From Lysobacterales bacterium (lineage in GTDB: Bacteria; Pseudomonadota; Gammaproteobacteria; Xanthomonadales; SZUA-38), in assembly GCA_045106555.1 (NCBI GenBank), contig JBGCET010000003.1:55244-119243 (forward strand): DNA of 64,000 bases. Direction: 5' to 3'. The position numbers and the translations under genes are program-made. Below are positions 56,384-64,000 of the stretch, piece after piece. The notes under the pieces are model-generated. The model saw nothing but the letters and a program-made list of their open reading frames with translations, did not search any database and was not told where the DNA came from. Within the stretch, counting starts at the first letter, position 1. Every line of letters starts with the position of its first letter.

Positions 56384-58609
56384 ATGAATAACAAACAAAT
56401 CTTGGCTGCCGCCATCGCAGGCTGCCTGAGCCTCCCCCTGTACGGACAATCGATCGAGGAGGTGCTGGTAACCGCTCAGCGTCGATCTGAGAGCGTGCAG
56501 GATATACCGGTCGCCGTCTCGGCCTTCACCAGTGAGACCATGGAGCGAATGGCCATCACTGAAACCATGGACATCGCGCGGATGGTACCCAACTTTTTGG
56601 CCCAGAATAATACGGGTCTGGGTACAGCGAACGTCTATTCCCTGCGTGGACTGAATAACACCGAGTCCATCGCGACGTTTGATCCACCTGTTGGCACCTA
56701 CATCGACGACTTTTTTATTCAACGTCAAAACGGCAACAACTACGCGCTATTCGATATTGACCGGGTGGAAGTGCTGCGTGGACCTCAGGGTACGCTGTTT
56801 GGTCGTAATACCACCGGTGGCGCAGTGCGCATGATTTTGCGCGACCCCAGCGACGAAATGGGTGGAAATTTCGGATTGGGTTTTGGCGCCTTCGGTAAGC
56901 TGACCGCCCGAGGCAGCGTTGACTTGCCGGTTTCAGAAGACTTCCGTCTCAAGCTGTCGGCCTACTACGTTGAGGACGACGGATTTGTCGACAACCTCAC
57001 CACCGGTGAGGAAGACCTGAACTTTGAGGATAACAAAGGCCTTCGCGCCCACTGGATCTGGGACATCAACGATGATCTCAGCTGGAACGCGTCACTAACC
57101 TATATCGATAACGAACATGCCAACATGTTCAACTTCGAAAACGGCGGCGACCGATTTACCCGCACCGGCCTGACCGAAGCGGGCTCACCGGTGCGCGACC
57201 TGGTCATCGGAAACAAAGGCAATCTGCCGCTGGGCAACTCCACGGAGTCCCTGCATTTCACCTCCAATCTGTCGTTTCCAACCCGCTTTGGTGACGTTGA
57301 AGTGCTGACCAGCTACTTGGATCTGGAGCAGGATTTCCTGCTGGACTTCTTTGAAGGCCCGTTCCAAAGCGGTGGTTTTACTATCGCCAACGAAGGCACC
57401 CACGAGCAGTTCACCCAGGAGTTTAAGATCTCAGGCACCACTGGCGGTGGCGATATCGACTACGTTGCCGGTCTTTTCTACTTTGATGAAGACAACGAAA
57501 CCGATTTTGCCCAGATCTTCAATTTAGGCGCAATTGGTTTGTTCCTGCCCGGCGGATTTCCGCTGATTCAATACGACCGAATATTGGACAACACCACCGA
57601 ATCTTGGGCGATTTACGGTCAGTGGGACTGGCGGTTTGCCGACAGCTGGACCCTGACGGCAGGCGCACGATTTACCGAAGAAGATAAAGACTTCGGGCTT
57701 CGTGACAACGGTAATCCAGGGGCCGGCGCGGTCATCACCAATGCTGATCTGCTGGCTGCCGGCGTACCGCTGGAGCAAAATGAATCCCAGTTCACCCCAC
57801 GGATTGCCATTGAGAATCAGGTCAACGACGATTTCATGTGGTACGGCTCCATCACCACCGGCTTTAAATCGGGTGGATGGAACGCACGCGGTACGTTGGC
57901 CGAATCGTTGCAGTCATTTTCCGCAGAGGAAGTGACTAACTTCGAGGTGGGCATGCGCTCTGAGTGGATGGATAACAGCCTTCGCGTAAACCTGACCGCC
58001 TTTAGGGCCGACATCGAGGACTTTCAGCTTCCCTCAGCATTTGTGAACAGCACTGGGGCGATCGAATTTATCACCCGGAACTTTGCTGATTTGGATACCC
58101 AAGGATTGGAGGCCGAGTTTCTTTGGTTACCGACAGAGAACCTGACCCTGTTTGCCAATGCGGGTTTGCTGGACTCGGAATACTCCAATCTCGACCCATC
58201 AATTTTGGCGCAACAGGTCAATTGCCGAAACAACGGTGAGCAGTGTGCTCAAGGTATTGTCAACGCGGTGGGCGACATTGCTGATCCGGTCAGAGCCCCA
58301 GAGCATCAGCTGACCATTGGCGGCTGGTATGACTTCCCAATTGGCAGCAGCATGGTATTGACCCCCAGCGTTAGCGTGACCGACTACGGTGAACACAGTG
58401 TTGGCACATCCGGTGAGGCGGTAGCTCAGGTTGATGGGTATACCTTGCTGAATGCGAGCGTGACGTTACGCAACGATCCGGGTAACTGGCAGGTCAGCCT
58501 GGAGTGTGACAACTGTACAGACCGTCTCCAGGTTGTGTCGGTGTTGGCGGGCTTTCCGTACCTCAACGATCCTAAAACCTGGCAGTTGAATTTCCGCAAG
58601 AGTTTCTAA
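56384..58609 (+). CDS. TonB-dependent receptor
   Basis: IEEVLVTAQRRSES.QDIPVAVSAF, RVEVLRGPQGTLFGRNTTGGA, C-terminal FRKSF. Confidence 0.96.
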   Translation: MNNKQILAAAIAGCLSLPLYGQSIEEVLVTAQRRSESVQDIPVAVSAFTSETMERMAITETMDIARMVPNFLAQNNTGLGTANVYSLRGLNNTESIATFDPPVGTYIDDFFIQRQNGNNYALFDIDRVEVLRGPQGTLFGRNTTGGAVRMILRDPSDEMGGNFGLGFGAFGKLTARGSVDLPVSEDFRLKLSAYYVEDDGFVDNLTTGEEDLNFEDNKGLRAHWIWDINDDLSWNASLTYIDNEHANMFNFENGGDRFTRTGLTEAGSPVRDLVIGNKGNLPLGNSTESLHFTSNLSFPTRFGDVEVLTSYLDLEQDFLLDFFEGPFQSGGFTIANEGTHEQFTQEFKISGTTGGGDIDYVAGLFYFDEDNETDFAQIFNLGAIGLFLPGGFPLIQYDRILDNTTESWAIYGQWDWRFADSWTLTAGARFTEEDKDFGLRDNGNPGAGAVITNADLLAAGVPLEQNESQFTPRIAIENQVNDDFMWYGSITTGFKSGGWNARGTLAESLQSFSAEEVTNFEVGMRSEWMDNSLRVNLTAFRADIEDFQLPSAFVNSTGAIEFITRNFADLDTQGLEAEFLWLPTENLTLFANAGLLDSEYSNLDPSILAQQVNCRNNGEQCAQGIVNAVGDIADPVRAPEHQLTIGGWYDFPIGSSMVLTPSVSVTDYGEHSVGTSGEAVAQVDGYTLLNASVTLRNDPGNWQVSLECDNCTDRLQVVSVLAGFPYLNDPKTWQLNFRKSF

Positions 58610-58651
58610 TCCAGTTGAACGTGCCATGCTTTCGACAAGCATGGGAGGAAC

Positions 58652-58680
58652 AAAAAACCCCCGCTCTGGCGGGGGTTTTT
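58652..58680. terminator. Bidirectional intrinsic terminator
   Basis: AAAAAACCCCCGC-TCTG-GCGGGGGTTTTT between convergent genes. Confidence 0.88.
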
Positions 58681-59911
58681 ATTGGCTGGTGGTTTTTTCC
58701 AGCAACGCATTGGTAATCAGGTTGGGAATGCGGGAAACGTCCCAGGTATTGGGAGGCCAGCTTCGAGCCACCCGCACAATCACTAGCTGTTGCGAAGGAA
58801 TGACCCAAACGTTCTGGTAGCCATGACCCAGAAAAGCAAATAGATCGTCAGCCACATAGGGTTCCGAGCCCCACCAGGTGTAGACGTCGGGTCCTGGGTG
58901 GTTGCCAACGTGCCACAGACTGCCGTTCCCCAGCCATACCTGATAGCCGTATCCTGGGTTGGTGTCAGCGGGGCGGAGCATGGCGTCCACCCACGCCGCT
59001 GGTAACACTTGACTGTCGTTCCACCGTCCCCGGTTGAGCATAAGCTGGCCCAAAGCCAGCCAGTCTAAGGGTCTGGATAGCAGGCAACAGGATTTCATGA
59101 CGTGGCCGCCGGGTTTGTCTTGGTACATGGCGGCAGGTCCCAGGCCCATCGGCTGCCAAAGTCTTAAGGAGAGAAAGTCGGGATAAGTCATGCCGGTAGC
59201 CTGTTCCAGCACCAGCCCTAGGAGGTTGCTCTCATTATTGTTGTACTCCCAGCGCGAGCCAGGGGCGTCGTTCAGTGGCAAGCCCAGGGTCCAGCGGTCG
59301 AAGTCGGTACCAAAATGTTGCAATACCCCTTTGGACCAAGGCACGGGACGATAGTCTGTTGATATCTGGGCAAGCCCAGCGGACATTTGCAGCAGGTTTT
59401 TGATGCTGATGCGCCCGCGCGGATCGTCGTCCCATTCGTCCAGCCAGCGATTGATGGGTGCGTCAACGCTATCAATGGTGCCCTCATCAATGGCGATTCC
59501 CACCAGCATTCCGAGCACGGTTTTGGACATGGATTGAGGGTTGAATCGGTCATCCCGACTGAAGCCGTTCCAATATCGCTCAAACTCAATCTGACCATTG
59601 CGGGCAACCAATAAGCCAAGGGAGTTTTGTTCCAGCGCGTAGGCCGCAGCCTGCTCCAGAGCTTGGGGCGGAATGGTATGGCGGCGAGCAGCCGGCAGCG
59701 GGTCTGCCTCGGTGATGTCCAGTTCTACTGTGGGATCAAACCAGCTCACTGGTGTGGTCAGCGGATTTCCTCCCAGCCACAGATAGCTGACGTAGCGATT
59801 AACAAAGCGCCAGTTCAGTCCAGCACCGATCAGCACAAGCAACGCAATAACGGCGGCCGCGATACGCAGTTTTGGCAGTGGGTTAGAGCGCGGTCTCATG
59901 GAAACGATCAT
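58679..59911 (-). CDS. Beta-lactamase-like serine hydrolase (esterase/amidase), membrane-anchored
   Basis: N-terminal TM helix; SMSK, LLQMSAGL, YNN, YGYQVW. Confidence 0.9.
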   Translation of the reverse strand: MIVSMRPRSNPLPKLRIAAAVIALLVLIGAGLNWRFVNRYVSYLWLGGNPLTTPVSWFDPTVELDITEADPLPAARRHTIPPQALEQAAAYALEQNSLGLLVARNGQIEFERYWNGFSRDDRFNPQSMSKTVLGMLVGIAIDEGTIDSVDAPINRWLDEWDDDPRGRISIKNLLQMSAGLAQISTDYRPVPWSKGVLQHFGTDFDRWTLGLPLNDAPGSRWEYNNNESNLLGLVLEQATGMTYPDFLSLRLWQPMGLGPAAMYQDKPGGHVMKSCCLLSRPLDWLALGQLMLNRGRWNDSQVLPAAWVDAMLRPADTNPGYGYQVWLGNGSLWHVGNHPGPDVYTWWGSEPYVADDLFAFLGHGYQNVWVIPSQQLVIVRVARSWPPNTWDVSRIPNLITNALLEKTTSQ

Positions 59912-59983
59912 AGCAGTGGAGCTATCGGCACCGACCGCCTGAAATTTGAGTTATTGTGACAATATCGACGAAAAGCGGAGTGG

Positions 59984-60553
59984 ATGATGGCGAGATTACC
60001 GGCAGTGGAGATGGCCTCTCTGGATAAGGAAACCCAGGCTGGGCTCAAGGCGGGAGAACAAATGCTGGGGTTTAGTCCTAACGACGGCCTGCTGATGGCC
60101 CACAACCGTGCGTTGATGCAGTCGTTTTTGCAGTTGGTGCAGACGATCTATTCACCGGGCGAGGTGAGTCCGGAACTCAAGCGGCTGGTTGGATTGGTGA
60201 CCAGCAATGCGGCCGGCTGTATTTATTGCCAGGCCCACACCAGTTTTTCCGCTCATCGCTTAGGTATCAGCGAAGAAAAGCTGCGCCACGTATGGTCATT
60301 TGCTGACAGCCCACTGTTCAGTGACGCTGAGCGGGTAGCGCTGACGGTAGCGATGAAAGGTGGTCAGTCGCCCAACGGCGTTACGGACGCAGATTTTGCC
60401 GCCCTGGGTGAGCATTTTTCGGTGGCTGCTCAGGTCGAGATCGTGGCGGTGATTTCTATGTTTGGGTTTCTCAACCGCTGGAACAGCACCCTCAATACGG
60501 ATCTGGAGGAGGCCCCGGCGGCGCTGATGGCCAAACTGCAGGCAACGCCCTGA
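59984..60553 (+). CDS. Carboxymuconolactone decarboxylase / AhpD-like peroxidase-related protein
   Basis: GCIYCQAH CxxC motif, FSDAERVAL, QVEIVAVISMFGFLNRWN. Confidence 0.88.
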   Translation: MMARLPAVEMASLDKETQAGLKAGEQMLGFSPNDGLLMAHNRALMQSFLQLVQTIYSPGEVSPELKRLVGLVTSNAAGCIYCQAHTSFSAHRLGISEEKLRHVWSFADSPLFSDAERVALTVAMKGGQSPNGVTDADFAALGEHFSVAAQVEIVAVISMFGFLNRWNSTLNTDLEEAPAALMAKLQATP

Positions 60554-60576
60554 TCCACTCCTGAGTTCACGACGGA

Positions 60577-61239
60577 TTAGGGCTGTTCTACCGGATCATC
60601 CAACACTTCGAAGTCTTTGTACTCAACCCGGGTAACGATGTCGAACAGCGACTGCTCAAAGGTATTGATATAGGTCAGGTATTCATCGCCTCGGCCGGCA
60701 AATCGGCCTCCTGGCGTGGTGACTCTAACCGCGCTGGCCAGGGATCCAGTGCGTGACCCCGTCAGTTCACGTTTTTGTTGGCGCACCCAGCGCGCGCGTT
60801 TTTCCAGCGCCTGAAAGTCGCCGAAATCCTGTTTGAGTTCCCGCGCCAGATCCAGCGCTGCGGATTTATCAGCGGGTTCCAGCAAACCCATAATTTCTCG
60901 CCGGGTCTTGCGAAAGCGGCCATCGCCACGCTCATCGGCCAGTAGCGCCCAAGCAGCGCCGCGTACGCGATCAACCGCCACACCAATCCCGGCAAAGTGC
61001 ATGAGAGCCAGATTGAATTGCGCTTCCTTGTTGCCCCAGCGGGCGGCCAGCAGGAACTGCTCCATTGCATGGGTGTTAAAGCCATCTTTATAGGAACGTA
61101 CCGCGGCTTGGTAATGCACTGCATCAGGATAGCTTTGTACGTTGTTCAGGGTTCGTTGACCCAGGTCCTCCTGGGCCGAAGCGCTGACGCAGAGCAATGC
61201 GCACATGATCAGGGCGAGATTTTTGCGGTGAGAGATCAT
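60577..61239 (-). CDS. Secreted Sel1-repeat protein
   Basis: Signal peptide; AARWGNKEAQFNLALMHFAGIGVAVD..RG.AW..LA. Confidence 0.85.
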   Translation of the reverse strand: MISHRKNLALIMCALLCVSASAQEDLGQRTLNNVQSYPDAVHYQAAVRSYKDGFNTHAMEQFLLAARWGNKEAQFNLALMHFAGIGVAVDRVRGAAWALLADERGDGRFRKTRREIMGLLEPADKSAALDLARELKQDFGDFQALEKRARWVRQQKRELTGSRTGSLASAVRVTTPGGRFAGRGDEYLTYINTFEQSLFDIVTRVEYKDFEVLDDPVEQP

Positions 61240-61397
61240 GCTGGCTTCAGGTTCTGGGTTCCGGCGTTAAAGCGTTAATGTGCCAGCTCGCGGCGATGAT
61301 GTCCTGTGCCGACGGTCCTAGCTTCAGGTCGCCCACTGTGCGTCGCCGGCGCGAGGAGCCGGGCAGCGGAAAGATAAATGGTTTGTGCAATAAGAAA

Positions 61398-61420
61398 CCG
61401 CCGTCACACTGTGACGGCGG
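61398..61420 (-). terminator. Intrinsic terminator of the 61456-62043 gene
   Basis: CCGCCGTCAC-ACT-GTGACGGCGG perfect stem followed by TTTCTTATT on the minus strand. Confidence 0.75.
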
Positions 61421-61455
61421 CAACATGGCTCGGAACCGGAACAAGGAATGTAGCC

Positions 61456-62043
61456 TTAGTTTCCGGCTCCGTCTTCGATGCTGATGACCTTTTTCTTGAT
61501 AATGATGACCTCATGACCGTCACTGTGTTCGGTATCCACATCAATGCTCATTTCCTCCACGTGTTCGTGAATTAACGCCTCAAGTTCTTCCTCGGACAGC
61601 GAGTCGCCATCGGCGCCAATCACAACCACTTCCGCCGCACGATTACTGGTGACTCGGACCTCGCCACCGTCGTTGTCAATCCAGACATCTGAGCCATCCA
61701 GTAAGGATTCAGAATCCGACAAAAATATCCGCTTACCGTGCCGGGCTTCCGAATGAGCACTCACGTCGGGGAGTTTGACGTCAATGACCCGGCCATCCAC
61801 TTCCAGCTCCAGGCCATCGTCAAATCGAGTGACCAGCACTTCGTTGCCGCTTTCGGTGGTGTAAACCTCCGAGGCGCCCACGGCCAGATTCTCGATGGTG
61901 ACCGATTCAGAAATTCCGTCATCGGTACTGACTTTGATCTTCAAGGTCTCGCGCACTTCGGCAAACGCCATGTTGGCGCTCAGGGCCAGCGCCATCAGTC
62001 CTGATATACCCAAAACCGGGTTTAAGGCGGGAAATAAATTCAT
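61456..62043 (-). CDS. Secreted acidic hypothetical protein
   Basis: RBS AGGAG, signal peptide (AFA-E), very Asp/Glu-rich. Confidence 0.75.
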   Translation of the reverse strand: MNLFPALNPVLGISGLMALALSANMAFAEVRETLKIKVSTDDGISESVTIENLAVGASEVYTTESGNEVLVTRFDDGLELEVDGRVIDVKLPDVSAHSEARHGKRIFLSDSESLLDGSDVWIDNDGGEVRVTSNRAAEVVVIGADGDSLSEEELEALIHEHVEEMSIDVDTEHSDGHEVIIIKKKVISIEDGAGN

Positions 62044-62076
62044 GGTGTCACTCCTGTTAGGTTGTGATGAGGGTTT

Positions 62077-62092
62077 TGCAACCCTCGTGCCA
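62077..62092 (-). promoter_or_regulatory. Sigma-54 (-24/-12) promoter TGGCACGAGGGTTGCA
   Basis: Exact match to TGGCACG-N4-TTGCW on the minus strand, about 35 bp upstream of the 62043 start. Confidence 0.88.
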
Positions 62093-62168
62093 GAAATCCA
62101 ATATTGTCACGAAGCTCGGGCGCGCTGGCTTGTTGCGAGCGATCGACATTGCCAAAGACGAGCATTTG

Positions 62169-62202
62169 TCCCCAAATGGGTGTGGGTTTCCCCATTTGGG
62201 GA
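62169..62202. promoter_or_regulatory. Tandem enhancer-like sites TCCCCAAATGGGTG and TCCCCATTTGGGGA
   Basis: Two related palindromic sites 20 bp apart, about 80-110 bp upstream of the sigma-54 promoter. Confidence 0.6.
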
Positions 62203-62218
62203 GAGCGCCAAGCCGCCA

Positions 62219-63601
62219 TTATTGGCGATCGTCGCCCAAACCATGTTTGCTCAGGCGATAGAGAAACGCCTTGTAACTCATTCCCAGTAGTTTGGCGGCT
62301 TTGGTGCGATTACCCCTCGCCCTCTGCAGCGCCTGGCCGAGGGCCCTGGCTTCCAGTTGTTCCCAGTTGATGCCCTGGGGTGGCAGAACAAACTGATCGG
62401 GCTGTCGGCTCGGGTCAGCCAAAGACTGAGGCAAATCGTCCAACGAAATGCCCTCATCGTCGGCCAGCAAAATCAGTCGTTCCACCACATTGCCCAGCTC
62501 CCGTACGTTGCCCGGCCAGTGGTAGTCCATCAGTTGGCGACGCACGGCCGCAGGTATGGGGGTTGGTGTCAGCTGATGCTGGCGCAGGGTGCGGGTGACA
62601 AAATGCTCTATCAGCGCGGGGATATCTTCTCGTCGCTCTCGTAGCGCTGGCATATGGATGGGTACAACGTTGAGTCGGTAGTATAAATCTTCGCGAAATT
62701 GGCCGGCAGCCACTTCCCGGGCCAGGTCCTTGTTGGTGGCGGCAATGATTCGCACGTCTGTATGGATTTCAGCATTACCGCCCACCCGCGTGACTCGGCC
62801 TTCCTGCAAGGCGCGCAGCAGCTTTGGCTGAATTGTGATCGGCAGCTCCCCAACTTCATCGAGAAATAACGTGCCGCCGCGCGCGGCCTCGAATTTGCCT
62901 TCCCGGCGTTGGTGGGCGCCGGTGTAAGCACCTTTCTCTGCACCCAGAAACTCCGCCTCCATTAACCCTTCCGGAATCGCGCCGCAATTCACCGCAATAA
63001 AGGGTGCGTCGCTGCGATTGGATAGGGTATGGATGGCTCGGGCAGCCAGTTCCTTACCGGTGCCGCTTTCCCCACCAATCAGAACCGACGCCTGAGTGCC
63101 GGCAATTTTCTCGATGCGTCGGTAGAGCTTCTGCATGCCCGGCGCTTTTCCAACAATGTCTACCAGTTGATTGCGCTCATTAACCTCGGCGTTCAGGCGC
63201 CGATTTTCGGCCAGCAAATTGCGCGCCCGCAGCGTTCGTTCCACAGCCAGCAGCAGGGCCTGCCGTTCAAAGGGCTTGCTCAGGTAATCGTCGGCGCCAG
63301 CCCGGATCGCTTCCATGGCGTGGGCAATGCTGCCGTAAGCGGTCACCATAACGAAGCTGGTTTGCAGGCCATTTTCCCGTAGGCTTTTCAGTAGCGATAG
63401 GCCATCACCGTTTTCCAGCTTCCAGTCTGAGATGACTAAATCTGGGGCGCGTTTACGCGTTGCCGTGATAGCCTCTTTTTGGCCCGGGGCCTGATCAACG
63501 CTGAGCCCCAAATCACTCAGAATATCGGCCATCAGCTGGCGCTGAGCGGGTTCATCTTCAACCACCAGTACATGGCCTTGTCGTTCGACATGTCGGCTCA
63601 T
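62219..63601 (-). CDS. Sigma-54-dependent response regulator (NtrC/ZraR-like)
   Basis: Receiver VVEDE...SDWKL...KP; AAA+ GESGTGKE, GAYTGA, LFLDEVGE, FREDLYYRL, WPGNVREL; Fis HTH. Start set to ATG 63601. Confidence 0.95.
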   Translation of the reverse strand: MSRHVERQGHVLVVEDEPAQRQLMADILSDLGLSVDQAPGQKEAITATRKRAPDLVISDWKLENGDGLSLLKSLRENGLQTSFVMVTAYGSIAHAMEAIRAGADDYLSKPFERQALLLAVERTLRARNLLAENRRLNAEVNERNQLVDIVGKAPGMQKLYRRIEKIAGTQASVLIGGESGTGKELAARAIHTLSNRSDAPFIAVNCGAIPEGLMEAEFLGAEKGAYTGAHQRREGKFEAARGGTLFLDEVGELPITIQPKLLRALQEGRVTRVGGNAEIHTDVRIIAATNKDLAREVAAGQFREDLYYRLNVVPIHMPALRERREDIPALIEHFVTRTLRQHQLTPTPIPAAVRRQLMDYHWPGNVRELGNVVERLILLADDEGISLDDLPQSLADPSRQPDQFVLPPQGINWEQLEARALGQALQRARGNRTKAAKLLGMSYKAFLYRLSKHGLGDDRQ

Positions 63602-64000
63602 GAGATAATTGCCAGGCGAGGGTGTAGATACAATGTGGCCATTGTGCCAGGCCCGGATGCAGCGGCTTCTGTCGCTCCTTGCAGCGAGACTTTTCCGCGA
63701 TAGTGGGACTCGGCCAGTCGCCGGGTCAGATACAAGCCCATGCCCGATCCATCCGCCTTGCTGGTTGTGTGAGGTAGAAACAAACGGTCGGCAATTTCCG
63801 GCGATATGCCGCGCCCCTGATCGCGAATGCTGACCGATACGCCGTCGCCCCAAACCTGCAGCGAGATATGGACCGTTTGTCCGCTGCGGCTCGCTTCGAC
63901 GGCATTGACCGCAAGGGCATGAATCATCGCCCGAATTTCACTGCCTACCCCATCGATGGATAACGCCCGGGGTGCATCGATATCAATCGCAACCTCGCCC
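63598..64000 (-). CDS. Sensor histidine kinase, C-terminal HATPase part (5' end outside the window)
   Basis: N box VNAVEAS, DQGRGI, F.PH.T.K..GSGMGL; ATGA overlap with the response regulator. Confidence 0.9.
   Translation of the reverse strand, partial: GEVAIDIDAPRALSIDGVGSEIRAMIHALAVNAVEASRSGQTVHISLQVWGDGVSVSIRDQGRGISPEIADRLFLPHTTSKADGSGMGLYLTRRLAESHYRGKVSLQGATEAAASGPGTMATLYLHPRLAIIS

Noticed and set aside
39259-59911. Beta-lactamase-like genes and TetA-like MFS (31368-32561) as antibiotic resistance
   Set aside because: The hydrolases lack the KTG motif of true beta-lactamases and all sit in a catabolic context with no mobile element.

Overview
Bacterial chromosomal window, roughly 55-58% GC by eye. 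Gene content (glmU, DUF1631, an ECF sigma/Ser-Thr kinase pair, secreted proteins ending in FxxGFE) suggests a Gammaproteobacterium, probably a marine Xanthomonadales/Lysobacterales-like lineage. I saw no rRNA, tRNA, CRISPR array or intact transposase. The first 26 kb is a mix of envelope and accessory genes. The most interesting part is a two-part uptake/catabolic locus (about 26.7-48.3 kb and 53.4-60.6 kb). It encodes two TonB-dependent receptors, four MFS transporters, three exported serine hydrolases/esterases, a LysR regulator, a flavin monooxygenase, a racemase/isomerase-fold protein lacking both catalytic cysteines, a PuuE-like hydrolase, a fibrillin-like protein, a Tat-exported DUF1838-like protein, a flavoprotein oxidoreductase and an aldehyde dehydrogenase. 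It also carries three paralogous copies of a two-gene module, an atypical SAM-dependent methyltransferase plus a small helical partner protein. Two of its divergent promoters share a 16-bp motif. The substrate is unknown; chlorophyll/bilin catabolites or another N-heterocycle is an explicit hypothesis. All family assignments come from recognising motifs by eye; no database search was run.
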